A model generated the notes under the pieces. It did not search any database and was not told the origin of the DNA. It saw only the letters and a program-made list of their open reading frames with translations. From Escherichia phage Pride, in sequence record KX534341.1: 44,899 nt of DNA; one strand, given 5' to 3'. Shown in pieces: positions 35,411-44,663 of the stretch (its first letter is position 1; every line of letters starts with the position of its first letter). Position numbers and translations under genes: made by a program.

Positions 35411-35592
35411 TGCAGTTTTATTGCATAAAGTAAGCGGGACAAAAAGCGGGACAAACAAGGGGCGGGACAAAGCGGGACAGCACCCCCGTCCCGCCACGGA
35501 TGGCGCGGCTTCCAGAGGAGCGGGACAGCGGGACAGCACCCCAGTCTTTCAGACTAGACGGGGGTCAATGGCCCCCCTCGTCTGAGACTGAA
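35411..35592. repeat. GGGACA-array element, copy B (homologous to 7256..7413), preceded by direct repeats TTGCGCGCATTGGT(C/T)GCC at 35271..35294 and 35325..35350
   Basis: Four GCGGGACA direct repeats, GGGACAGCGGGACAGCACCCCAGTCTTTCAGACTAGACGGGGG...CCCCCCTCGTCTGAGACTG conserved in both copies. Confidence 0.8.
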
Positions 35593-35749
35593 TAAAATCC
35601 GGGGATTGCAAAATACACGGCAGCATGATGCTAAGTGCGGTCGTCGATGAACTAGGCAACCAATGCAGGTTGTATTATGCTGAGTGAAAATGCGGTTTGC
35701 AGTCACAGCAGATAGCGATCAACTTTTTCATGCGCGTGATTAATATTGG

Positions 35750-35778
35750 TTGCACCCTGCCTGGCGCCCTGCTATATT
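35750..35778 (+). promoter_or_regulatory. Predicted promoter (TTGCAC-N17-TATATT) with two ATTGGTTGCAC motifs
   Basis: -35 35750..35755, -10 35773..35778; -10 and leader nearly identical to the promoter of the 714..1478 gene. Confidence 0.5.
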
Positions 35779-35806
35779 GGTTGCACACCAACAAGAGGAC
35801 TGAACG

Positions 35807-36112
35807 ATGAAAGCATTAATCTGGAATTACACATCAGCGGTCGCAGCGCTCTATGAAGCGAAGCACACAAACGGCAACGCCGACCACGCACGCCAGGCTG
35901 TAATGTTCGCGCAGCAGGCAATCTTTGCAGCGTTCGACAACATGGGCGTCAGCCTGGATGAACTGGAACCATTGCGTGTGGCAATCTGCGAGTATGCGAT
36001 GAAATTCGCCCGTGAGCGTCTTGCGTACCGGTTTGGCATCGGAGAGACGGCAGTGACTAACATCGCTCGCATCACGGCTCAGCGTGAGCTGCACGCCTTA
36101 CTTGCGAAATAA
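35807..36112 (+). CDS. Hypothetical protein
   Basis: ORF with AAGAGGA RBS. Confidence 0.6.
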   Translation: MKALIWNYTSAVAALYEAKHTNGNADHARQAVMFAQQAIFAAFDNMGVSLDELEPLRVAICEYAMKFARERLAYRFGIGETAVTNIARITAQRELHALLAK

Positions 36113-36121
36113 GGGGCTAAA

Positions 36122-36391
36122 ATGGCACGTAGACGCGCTAAATGGTTATCCTGGTATATTCCCCTGCATAGCATCCGTTTATGGGCGCAGAATGCGATTG
36201 AGGGTGATTCTGTGTTCTGGAGCTATCGGGATGACGTCAAGCCGCTGACGCAGACCAAAATGCTGCACCAGTTCATGAACGAACACGGACTGCCGGTGAA
36301 AACATCATTGCAACCAATCGGCATCCGTATTACATTACGCCGTAAGCCAATCGTTGCGCAGGTTGGCAAACACAAGAGACTGAGCAAATGA
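36122..36391 (+). CDS. Hypothetical protein
   Basis: ORF in operon context. Confidence 0.55.
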   Translation: MARRRAKWLSWYIPLHSIRLWAQNAIEGDSVFWSYRDDVKPLTQTKMLHQFMNEHGLPVKTSLQPIGIRITLRRKPIVAQVGKHKRLSK

Positions 36392-36540
36392 CACCAATGC
36401 AAAGAGCGCTAATGGCTGGATTCTCGCAGAAGTTTATTTCAGTAGACGACTGCATAGCTGATTATGAGATGGACGGCATCGCTACGGTATGCGATGGCGA
36501 CTATAAGACTGTTGACGAGATCGAGGAGACTGAGCAATGA
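36388..36540 (+). CDS. Small hypothetical protein (50 aa)
   Basis: ATGA-coupled at both ends; below the table size cutoff. Confidence 0.4.
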   Translation: MTPMQRALMAGFSQKFISVDDCIADYEMDGIATVCDGDYKTVDEIEETEQ

Positions 36541-37091
36541 AATTACTATTCCGCAATAAACATAACGGGCTATTCTTCACCCCGATCGAAGTGCTGCCGA
36601 ACTTTGTGCGCATGTACCATGAAGCCAGCGACCGCGTATACTGGTACAGGAAAGACACCCTGCATGAGCATTTGCAGGTTGTGCATCACGACGTACGAGT
36701 AGGTGATGTGCTGCGTTGTGATGGCAATGACTACACCTGGGTCGTGAAGTCAGTCGGGAAGGAATGGATTACTATCGACAGCACTCTGGTTGCGGGCGCA
36801 ACAATAAACCCCGCCACCCTGGTGAACTACACCCGCGTAGGCCGGAACTATGCACCTAAGCGCCCTGGCGTCGAAGCGAAAGCGATTACCCGTACGGAGC
36901 ACCCATATACCAAATACGACGAGAACAAGGTGCGCCAGCATATCGACAACGCCCGGAAAGCCATCACCCAGCAATGTGATGCGATGCGCCTGGCTAATCT
37001 GGACGCAGAGCGCTTTGGCATTGGTGTGATCCTGGTCTACCCGGACGGCAGCATGAAGTCTACCGATCCGCGCTCGGTGATTCAGAAATGA
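36537..37091 (+). CDS. Hypothetical protein
   Basis: ORF in operon context. Confidence 0.6.
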   Translation: MKLLFRNKHNGLFFTPIEVLPNFVRMYHEASDRVYWYRKDTLHEHLQVVHHDVRVGDVLRCDGNDYTWVVKSVGKEWITIDSTLVAGATINPATLVNYTRVGRNYAPKRPGVEAKAITRTEHPYTKYDENKVRQHIDNARKAITQQCDAMRLANLDAERFGIGVILVYPDGSMKSTDPRSVIQK

Positions 37092-37228
37092 GTGCGACGG
37101 TCCGTGATATGCTAATGCATAACCGCTTTGAGGTTGGCGGTCGTGTATTCCGTAACTACTTCGTTGCGCGCGCCTGGGCGCGCCACATTGGCAAACCAGA
37201 GGGGGCAATACGATGCTACACGATTTGA
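37088..37228 (+). CDS. Small hypothetical protein (46 aa)
   Basis: ATGA-coupled start; overlaps next gene start. Confidence 0.3.
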   Translation: MSATVRDMLMHNRFEVGGRVFRNYFVARAWARHIGKPEGAIRCYTI

Positions 37229-37500
37229 TATATTGGTTTGGATTGGGGTGCGCGACACTCTTTGCCACGGTGCTGGCGCTGTTGGTATGGGTGTTCCTGA
37301 TTTGGCCCGCGGTGGAAGCAGCCAGCATTACCCGCATGACGTTCCAGATATACAAGCGCCGTGGCATCACGGAGCACCCTACCAGGTTGCGCATGTGGTG
37401 GCTATGGTATCGCGATATGATCGGCGGGCGAATGTTCGAGGCCGTCCGATCGGAAGGGTGGGAGTGGAAAGGCGTCGGCAAGTGGTCCATTTTCGATTAA
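37213..37500 (+). CDS. Membrane protein (two TM segments), upstream of lysis cassette
   Basis: Hydrophobic segments FGLGCATLFATVLALLVWVFLIWPAV. Confidence 0.5.
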   Translation: MLHDLIYWFGLGCATLFATVLALLVWVFLIWPAVEAASITRMTFQIYKRRGITEHPTRLRMWWLWYRDMIGGRMFEAVRSEGWEWKGVGKWSIFD

Positions 37501-37517
37501 TTATGCAAGCGTGATAT

Positions 37518-37552
37518 AGTCCCAGTGAGCTAAAACTTACTGGGACTTTTTT
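37518..37552 (+). terminator. Terminator-like hairpin (agtcccagtgag-ctaaaa-cttactgggact) plus T5, ending 1 nt before the holin ATG
   Basis: 12-bp stem with one mismatch, then ttttt directly abutting ATG 37553. Confidence 0.5.
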
Positions 37553-37843
37553 ATGGATAAGCTAAACGAGTGGTTATTCGCCCTTGCGTGTCTTGCTGGT
37601 GGCTTCGTAGGCGCACGCATTCATGGCGAGGCAACGAAAGGGCCGCTAAACTTCGTGTTATATATCGTAGTTGGCTTCCTGTGTGCCATCTTTGGTGCGC
37701 CAGCTATCGCCGAGTGGGCTGGCTTATCTGGCGAGCGCACTGTCGCCGGTTTGGGCTTCGTAACTGCAATCTTCTGGATGCCAATCGCCGACCGGGTCAG
37801 GGGGACTATTGCGTCGTTCCGACTTCCGGGGGGTGCAAAATGA
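37553..37843 (+). CDS. Putative holin (three predicted TM segments)
   Basis: Three hydrophobic segments; immediately upstream of endolysin; no alternative in-frame start after the stop at 37526. Confidence 0.6.
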   Translation: MDKLNEWLFALACLAGGFVGARIHGEATKGPLNFVLYIVVGFLCAIFGAPAIAEWAGLSGERTVAGLGFVTAIFWMPIADRVRGTIASFRLPGGAK

Positions 37844-38085
37844 TTATCTCCGTCCTGTTGTTTGTTATCATCGGGGCTTCGTCCCTGTTTAACGTGTATG
37901 CGCCGTCCGTCCGGGATGGCTTTTTCGGTCGGGTGCTGTATCTGTTAACGGCAATGGTCTGTTTTATCGGATTGTTGCAAACCGGAGACGTATCTGATAC
38001 CACCAGGACCGCGTTAATATGGCTGTTTGCATTGCGCACGCTGCGTAATGCTGTTTTGAATGGGGTAAAACATGCGATTCAGTGA
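37840..38085 (+). CDS. Small membrane protein (holin/antiholin-like)
   Basis: ATGA overlap with holin stop; two to three hydrophobic segments; overlaps endolysin start. Confidence 0.45.
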   Translation: MIISVLLFVIIGASSLFNVYAPSVRDGFFGRVLYLLTAMVCFIGLLQTGDVSDTTRTALIWLFALRTLRNAVLNGVKHAIQ

Positions 38086-38563
38086 CAACGGTCTACGATT
38101 TACGGCAGCATGGGAGACGTTCAGTCCAGTGCCGTATTTCGCGACTAAGAAAGAGCAGGCACGCGGCCTGTACACCTGGGGCTATGGGCATACTGGCACA
38201 AACCCGCCGCGGAGCATTACCCGCGCGGAAGCGCTTGAACTACTCAAGCGCGATGTGGCGTATGCCGAAAACTGGGTGAACAAGTACGCACACCCTAGTA
38301 TCAATCAGGCGCAATTCGACGCGCTGGTGGACCTGGTTATCAATGCCGGTCCTGGTCCGATCATGCCGGACGACGTCGCCGGAGACTTCGACGATGCGAT
38401 CCGCCTGGGTGACTGGGCAAAGGTCCGTGCTACGCTGCCACAATTCCGCAAGCAAGGCGGGGCAGTGCTCAAGGGGCTTGTCCGTCGTGCAATCGGCAGG
38501 CAGGCACTATTTGATGGTAAGCAGTGGGATGTTGCCGAGAAAATCGGGCGAAACGCCGCATAA
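38072..38563 (+). CDS. Endolysin, phage lysozyme (glycoside hydrolase family 24-like)
   Basis: T4-lysozyme-like motifs (AAWETFS, YTWGYGHTG, FDALVDLVINAG). Confidence 0.85.
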   Translation: MRFSDNGLRFTAAWETFSPVPYFATKKEQARGLYTWGYGHTGTNPPRSITRAEALELLKRDVAYAENWVNKYAHPSINQAQFDALVDLVINAGPGPIMPDDVAGDFDDAIRLGDWAKVRATLPQFRKQGGAVLKGLVRRAIGRQALFDGKQWDVAEKIGRNAA

Positions 38564-38579
38564 TACGAGGAGACACAGT

Positions 38580-38741
38580 ATGTTAAAAAGCATTCTTGAT
38601 CATAACGCCGACGCGCTCGCCGCGCTGGCTAAAACCGAAGACCCAGGCGCTCGCGCCATTATCGCGGACACTATCAGTCATGCTGGCGTATTTGACGCGA
38701 AGCTGCCGAGTCCGCCACCGCCGGAAGATCCAGAAGTGTAA
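38580..38741 (+). CDS. Small hypothetical protein (53 aa)
   Basis: GAGGAG RBS; followed by strong terminator. Confidence 0.4.
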   Translation: MLKSILDHNADALAALAKTEDPGARAIIADTISHAGVFDAKLPSPPPPEDPEV

Positions 38742-38748
38742 ACTACCA

Positions 38749-38774
38749 AGCCCGGATAATTCCGGGCTTTTTTA
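38749..38774 (+). terminator. Intrinsic terminator (agcccgga-taat-tccgggct-tttttt)
   Basis: Perfect 8-bp stem plus T6 downstream of lysis genes. Confidence 0.7.
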
Positions 38775-38836
38775 TTTCTTGGCCCAGTACCGTGGTATAT
38801 TGCCTCCAGGTCATCTCAAACTGGAAGTAAATTAAT

Positions 38837-39979
38837 ATGCACCCGCAAACTAAAATTACCGATGAGCAATTGATCGCAGAATTGCAAGCAGGCACTACGT
38901 CGAAAGATATTGCGAAGAAATACGGCATTGCCCTTCGAAATGTCTACATGCGCAAAGCCCGCCTGTCGAAGAAAGGTATTGGTCACGGTAACGATGCCGT
39001 AATTCGTAAGCGCGTTGCTGATGGCTTCGGTGTTAAACGCGTATCCGCCCTGGTGCGCGGAAATGGCGAAGAGGTCATGTCGTGGGTTATCACTGAGCAA
39101 GACAAGGAGCGCCAGCTTGAAGCAATGCGAGCCGTTGTCGAGGGTATGAACAGCGAAATCACACCGGCAGCGCCAGTAAACGCCCCGCCAGTACCGATCC
39201 AGGCGCTAGACTTGCTCAACCTGTACACCGTGTCCGACTTCCACCTGGGTATGCTGGCATGGGGCGAGGAGACTGGCGAAGATTGGGATATGGCGATCGC
39301 CGAAGACCTGTTCTACCGCTGGTTTGTCGAAGCCTTCGCCCGCGCACCGGACGCAGGCACTGCCGTGATCAATATCCTCGGCGATATGGCGCACTTTGAT
39401 AGCCTTGATGCCGTCACACCGGCAAGCGGTCACGTATTGGACGCCGACACCCGCTACCAGAAACTGGTACGCTACATGATTCGCATGGTGCGCAACGTGG
39501 TAGACCTGGCGCTGCAAAAACACCACAAAGTCAAACTTCTAATCGTCCAGGGGAATCATGACGAGTCTGGCATGATTTGGCTGGCTGAAATGTTCAATAC
39601 ACTGTACGAGAACGAGCCACGCGTCGAGGTGGACACGTCCCCGGACGTGTACAAAATGGTGCAACACGGCAAGACCACGCTGTTCTTCCACCACGGGCAC
39701 AAAGCGCGCTTCGATGCTATCGAGACCGTCATGATTTCTAAATTCAGACAGGCTTTCGGATCCAGTGAGTACAGCTACGCACACGTAGGCCACTTGCACC
39801 ACCAGAAGATTGTAGAATCCCGCAACATGATTGTTGAACAACACCGGACCCTCGCAGCGAAAGACGCATATGCCAGCCGCGGCGGTTGGATGTCCGGTCG
39901 TAGTGCCAACGTCATCACCTACAGCGCCAATTACGGCGAAGTGGCGCGCTTAACCATTAGCCCGGAAATGTTGAAGTAA
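38837..39979 (+). CDS. Metallophosphoesterase (calcineurin-like phosphoesterase) with N-terminal HTH-like region
   Basis: Motifs DFHLG, GDMAHFD, GNHDE, HHGH, GHLHH; N-terminal TSKDIAKKYGIALRNVYMRK. Confidence 0.7.
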   Translation: MHPQTKITDEQLIAELQAGTTSKDIAKKYGIALRNVYMRKARLSKKGIGHGNDAVIRKRVADGFGVKRVSALVRGNGEEVMSWVITEQDKERQLEAMRAVVEGMNSEITPAAPVNAPPVPIQALDLLNLYTVSDFHLGMLAWGEETGEDWDMAIAEDLFYRWFVEAFARAPDAGTAVINILGDMAHFDSLDAVTPASGHVLDADTRYQKLVRYMIRMVRNVVDLALQKHHKVKLLIVQGNHDESGMIWLAEMFNTLYENEPRVEVDTSPDVYKMVQHGKTTLFFHHGHKARFDAIETVMISKFRQAFGSSEYSYAHVGHLHHQKIVESRNMIVEQHRTLAAKDAYASRGGWMSGRSANVITYSANYGEVARLTISPEMLK

Positions 39980-40108
39980 CGGCAACCAGTAATCCTCCCA
40001 GCCTGCCGATTTGGTGGGCTTTTTTGTGCCTGTTATAATCCCCTCAGATGGCAGGGCCGTCTCTTATGTTGCCGATGGTCGGCGCATATGCACAAAAGGG
40101 CTTATATC

Positions 40109-40660
40109 ATGGCAGAAATTAAAGTTAAAGGTCGTCGCGCTAAACTGGACGGACGAGTCGCAGTAACCCCGCGCCGTAAACCAGGCGAGCAAACAGAGCA
40201 TACCAATCTCGGACCTGAGATCGAATATGGCAAGCGTCGTAAAGGCGGCAAATGCGGACGCCCTACTGACTACAGATCCGTTTACTGCGACCAGCTTCGC
40301 CGCTATTTTGCCGACGCCGACGCCTGGCAGGTCAACTACTCCGATAAAGGCGCTGCGCAAGTAATTCCCCGCAACAAAATGCCAACCTTCGGTCGATTTG
40401 CCGCGGAAATCGGCGTTGGCGTCGCTTGCCTGTATCGCTGGGCGCGTGCACATGAGGAGTTCGCCGAGGCTATGGCGGACGCTATGGAGCTACAGAAAAC
40501 TTTCCTGATGGAAGCTGGCGGCGTTACCATCGCGGCGGGCTTCGCCACGTTCCTGCTTAAAGCCAACCACGGCGTCCGCGATGATGTTCCACTGGATGAC
40601 GACGAAGATGATAACGGCGACGTCGTTGTCGAACCTACCGGCAAAGGCCAGGGTGAGTAA
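40109..40660 (+). CDS. Terminase small subunit (putative)
   Basis: Gene immediately upstream of and overlapping the terminase large subunit; basic N-terminus, acidic C-terminus; ATG 40109 with AAAGGG RBS preferred over 40088. Confidence 0.55.
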   Translation: MAEIKVKGRRAKLDGRVAVTPRRKPGEQTEHTNLGPEIEYGKRRKGGKCGRPTDYRSVYCDQLRRYFADADAWQVNYSDKGAAQVIPRNKMPTFGRFAAEIGVGVACLYRWARAHEEFAEAMADAMELQKTFLMEAGGVTIAAGFATFLLKANHGVRDDVPLDDDEDDNGDVVVEPTGKGQGE

Positions 40661-42045
40661 TGCGTAATTATGCGGCAGAACACCGCGCCCTGGAACGCGC
40701 GATCGCAAAGCGCAACCGACCGCCGCGCCCTACGCGTGTTGCGCAGGCCGTCCGCCTGTATCAGCCTGATTGCCTTCCCCACCAGGTGGAACTACTGCGC
40801 GATACAAAGACCAAAATCCTCGGCCTGTGTTCCGGCTTCGGTGGCGGTAAGTCATGGGTTGCGGCGCGCAAGGTCATCCAGCTTCTGACACTGAACCCTG
40901 GTCATGACGGCATCGTTACAGAACCGACAATCCCCCTCCTGGTTAAAATCATGTACCCGGAATTGGAAAAGGCGTTTGACGAGGCGGGCTTCCGGTGGAA
41001 GTTCAATAAGCAGGACAAGATCTATAACGTGCTTGTGAAAGGCAAATGGACCCGCGTTATCTGTGAATCAATGGAGAACTATACCCGCCTGATCGGGGTC
41101 AACGCCGCGTGGATTGTTGCCGATGAATTCGACACCACGAAGCAGGACGTTGCGCTGGCGGCGTATCACAAATTGCTCGGCCGTCTGCGTGCGGGTCTGG
41201 TCCGCCAGTTTGTCATCGTGTCCACCCCGGAAGGCTACCGGGCAATGTACCAGATTTTCGAGGTGGAGAAAGACAACCAGAAACGCTTGATCCGGGCGAA
41301 GACCACGGACAACCACCATTTACCGGCAGACTTTATCGACACGCTCCGTAGTCAGTACCCAGCTAACCTGATCGACGCGTACCTGAACGGCCTGTTTGTT
41401 AACCTTACGTCGGGCGCGGTATACAAGATGTTTAACCGTGAGGAGAACGCCAGCACCGAAGAAGTGCAACCGGACGACACGCTGATTATCGGTATGGACT
41501 TTAACGTCACGAAAATGGCGGCGGTCGTGTACGTCAGACGGCAGCGCATCACCGAAAACAAGGAGTTCCGCGACGAGATTCACGCAGTGGATGAATTTGT
41601 GGACCTGTTTGATACCCCGGCTATGATTGAGGCGATCGAGGAGCGATACCCCGATCATTGTGCTGCCGGTCGTGTTGTTGTTTACCCGGATAGCAGCGGC
41701 AAGTCTCGCAAGACTGTCAACGCATCGTCGTCCGATATCGCGCAACTGGAAGACGCGGGCTTCGAGGTGGAGTATGACAGCGTTAACCCTCCCGTGAAAG
41801 ACCGATTGATCGCGATGAATACGATGATGTGCAACTCGAAGGGCGTGCGCCAGTATTTTGTCAACCTGGATAAATGCCCTACACTAGCGAAATGTCTGGA
41901 ACAGCAGGTCTACGACCTGAAGAAAGGCGAGCCGGATAAAACCGCCGGTGTGGACCACATGAACGATGCCGCGGGCTATCCAATTGCGCACCTGTTCCCA
42001 GTGATTCGTCCGATCGCCGTTGTTCCAACTGTAGACTTCTACTAA
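40660..42045 (+). CDS. Terminase large subunit
   Basis: Walker A-like GFGGGKS, Walker B-like (WIVADEFD), C-terminal nuclease-like acidic residues; followed by portal. Confidence 0.85.
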   Translation: MRNYAAEHRALERAIAKRNRPPRPTRVAQAVRLYQPDCLPHQVELLRDTKTKILGLCSGFGGGKSWVAARKVIQLLTLNPGHDGIVTEPTIPLLVKIMYPELEKAFDEAGFRWKFNKQDKIYNVLVKGKWTRVICESMENYTRLIGVNAAWIVADEFDTTKQDVALAAYHKLLGRLRAGLVRQFVIVSTPEGYRAMYQIFEVEKDNQKRLIRAKTTDNHHLPADFIDTLRSQYPANLIDAYLNGLFVNLTSGAVYKMFNREENASTEEVQPDDTLIIGMDFNVTKMAAVVYVRRQRITENKEFRDEIHAVDEFVDLFDTPAMIEAIEERYPDHCAAGRVVVYPDSSGKSRKTVNASSSDIAQLEDAGFEVEYDSVNPPVKDRLIAMNTMMCNSKGVRQYFVNLDKCPTLAKCLEQQVYDLKKGEPDKTAGVDHMNDAAGYPIAHLFPVIRPIAVVPTVDFY

Positions 42046-42055
42046 GGAAACGACC

Positions 42056-43576
42056 ATGACCGTTAACGTTGACAACCAGCACCCTCTCTATGCGCGCATC
42101 GCGCCAGAGTGGAAAATGATTCGTGACTGTGTAGCAGGGGAGCGCGCCGTGAAGGCGTGCGGCCCCTTGTACCTGCCTCATCCCGCCAGTGGCGACAATA
42201 CTGACCCAAAAGCACGGGCGCGATATAAGGCGTACAAGCAACGCGCTGTATTCCTGAACGCCACCGCCCGCACACTTAACGCGCTGTTAGGCGTCGCCTT
42301 TGCAAAACCTGTAAGTCTGGACCTTTCTGGGGCGATGGCTGACCTGATTGACGACGTAGACGGCAGCGGTATGCCATTGCCGCAACTTCTGCGCGGTGCT
42401 ATGTCGGAAGTTCTGCAATCGGGCCGCGCGGGCTTTATGGTGGACTACGACCGCCAGGCTAACTTTGATGAACTGGGTAACGTAGTTCCGCAGACAGCCG
42501 CCGAGATGGCGTCACACCGCCCGCTTATCCGCCTGTACACGGCAGAACAGATCATCAACTGGCGGCAGACCCACGGCGTCGATACGCTAATTGTGCTGAA
42601 GGAAACGGACGAAATCAGCACCGAAGACCCGGACGACTTCGCAAACCACGAAGTAACAATCTGGACCGAGCTTCGCATGATTGACGGCAAGGCACACGCC
42701 CGCCGCTGGTTTTACAACGCGGACACGTCCGAAGTGCAGATGGACTTGCCGCGTGGATTTACCCGCACCGATCTGGTGCCGTTGGTGGATGCTTCCGGTA
42801 ATGCGCTTACGCAACTACCGTTTTGCTGGTGCGGTGCGGTGGACAACAACGCAACGCCTGACGCCGCTCCGCTGGCGGATATCGCATCCATCAACATTAA
42901 GCACTACAACGCCGAAGCGGACGTCGCCGAGATTGCGCACATCGTGGGCCAGCCTACCCTCGTTGCGACGGGCTTGACCCAATCATGGGCGGACAAGAAC
43001 CTGAAGGGCGGCATTGCCCTCGGTGCGACTAAGGGCGTTATCCTGGGCCAGAACATGGACGCTAAACTGATCCAGGCGGAGGAGCGCAACTTGTCTGTTG
43101 CACTGTGTGAGCGTCGCGAATTGCAAATGGCTAAACTTGGCGCGGCCCTGGTCGAGAAGGGGACAGCACCTAAGACGGCAACGGAAGCGGCCTACGATGC
43201 GCAGACTGATAACAGTATCCTGTCACTGATCGCCGGTAACGTCGAGAAGGCTTTCAACCGTGCGCTGCAAATCGTCCAGCTATTCACGGGCGACACCGCC
43301 GACCAGCGTGTGACGCTGAATAAGTTCTACACCGAAATCACGGTTGATGCGCAGCTTATGACCGCGATGATGTCGGGTGTGCAGACGGGTACGGTCCGCC
43401 TGGCTGACTTCATCAAGTGGATGATGGCGCAGGGTGTCATCGACGACTCGCAAACCGTCGAGCAGGTTGAAGACGAATTGCGGAATCAGAATCCACTGCC
43501 CCAAATGTCCTCCGATGCGGTAGAATCTACCGAAGAAGACCCGGACAAGGTAGCGGACAATGTCGAAGACAATTAA
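42056..43576 (+). CDS. Portal protein
   Basis: 506-aa ORF directly after terminase large subunit; AAGGAAA RBS; acidic C-terminus. Confidence 0.8.
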   Translation: MTVNVDNQHPLYARIAPEWKMIRDCVAGERAVKACGPLYLPHPASGDNTDPKARARYKAYKQRAVFLNATARTLNALLGVAFAKPVSLDLSGAMADLIDDVDGSGMPLPQLLRGAMSEVLQSGRAGFMVDYDRQANFDELGNVVPQTAAEMASHRPLIRLYTAEQIINWRQTHGVDTLIVLKETDEISTEDPDDFANHEVTIWTELRMIDGKAHARRWFYNADTSEVQMDLPRGFTRTDLVPLVDASGNALTQLPFCWCGAVDNNATPDAAPLADIASINIKHYNAEADVAEIAHIVGQPTLVATGLTQSWADKNLKGGIALGATKGVILGQNMDAKLIQAEERNLSVALCERRELQMAKLGAALVEKGTAPKTATEAAYDAQTDNSILSLIAGNVEKAFNRALQIVQLFTGDTADQRVTLNKFYTEITVDAQLMTAMMSGVQTGTVRLADFIKWMMAQGVIDDSQTVEQVEDELRNQNPLPQMSSDAVESTEEDPDKVADNVEDN

Positions 43577-44663
43577 TCAACATTTGGCGGATCGAATGAT
43601 TCGCCGTCACATCTTCACCCAGCGCCTGAGCAATGATCAGGCGCGGAGGGTGCTGGCTATGTGGGAGAAGTTCCGGCCCACTTTACTTGGTAAGCTGACC
43701 GAGTTACTTGATGGCAAAAAGTCCATGAGCAACAAGGCACTTACCACACTGTTAACGCAACTCGACAAGACCGTCAAAACGGAACTGCGCGCCGAGTTTA
43801 AAGTGCTGGCGGATAGTCTTCAGGAGTTTGCCGACACCGAGGCCGATTACCTCGCCGACACATTAACGGCAGCGATCCAGCCGGTGGTCGCCGTACCTGC
43901 GGTCGAGGTGGTGGGTGTAGTAACAGGCGCGCAGGTCGCAGCGACTGCGATGAAAAACCCGTTCCAGGGTAACACCATGATGCAATGGCCGGATTCACTT
44001 TCAGAGTGGACAAGGACGCAGATCGGCAATCAGGTGCGCGCCGGATTCATCCAGGGCAAGCCGACTATGGAAATTATCGCGGACGTGAGGCGCGCGCTCG
44101 GCGGTCGTAGTGCGCAAGCAATCTCAAGCGTTGTTAAGTCCGCTGTCAACCACTATGCGGCGACCGCCCGCGAATTAATGGTGAAAGCTAATGACGATAT
44201 TCTCGAAGGTCGCCAATGGTTGGCCACATTGGACACTCATACTTCCCCTATGTGCCAGCTACGCGATCGCCTGTTTTATCCTGTTGACGTCACTCCCGAC
44301 ACCAAAGGAAAACGCGGCGGGAAAGTGGTGGCGGGATCACAATATGGCGCTGGTCCGGGCAAGCTGCATTATTGCTGCCGTTCGACGGAGACGTGGAAAG
44401 TTAAGGGCATGGAAGACTGGCCCAGTGGTAAGCGTCCGGCACTGAAGGCTGACGCAGGCAGATTGCTGAGTGAGCAGGTAGACGCGCAGACTGATTTCTT
44501 CTCATGGGTGCAGCGCCAGCCGCGCCATATTCTGGAGGAGTTATATGGAGTGCAACGCGCCGACCAGATTATGCGCGGCGTGAAAGTGCCGAAGATGTTT
44601 ACCGATTCTGGCGAACTGATGACTATTGCACAGCTTAAAAACCGGGGGTTATGGCGTGATTAA
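43560..44663 (+). CDS. Head morphogenesis protein (Mu F / SPP1 gp7-like minor head protein)
   Basis: Position after portal; WLATLDTHTSPMCQ motif typical of the minor head protein family. Confidence 0.7.
   Translation: MSKTINQHLADRMIRRHIFTQRLSNDQARRVLAMWEKFRPTLLGKLTELLDGKKSMSNKALTTLLTQLDKTVKTELRAEFKVLADSLQEFADTEADYLADTLTAAIQPVVAVPAVEVVGVVTGAQVAATAMKNPFQGNTMMQWPDSLSEWTRTQIGNQVRAGFIQGKPTMEIIADVRRALGGRSAQAISSVVKSAVNHYAATARELMVKANDDILEGRQWLATLDTHTSPMCQLRDRLFYPVDVTPDTKGKRGGKVVAGSQYGAGPGKLHYCCRSTETWKVKGMEDWPSGKRPALKADAGRLLSEQVDAQTDFFSWVQRQPRHILEELYGVQRADQIMRGVKVPKMFTDSGELMTIAQLKNRGLWRD

Noticed and set aside
39990-40030. Possible terminator after the phosphoesterase gene (T6 at about 40022)
   Set aside because: The preceding stem is weak (only about 4 canonical pairs); kept as uncertain and not annotated.
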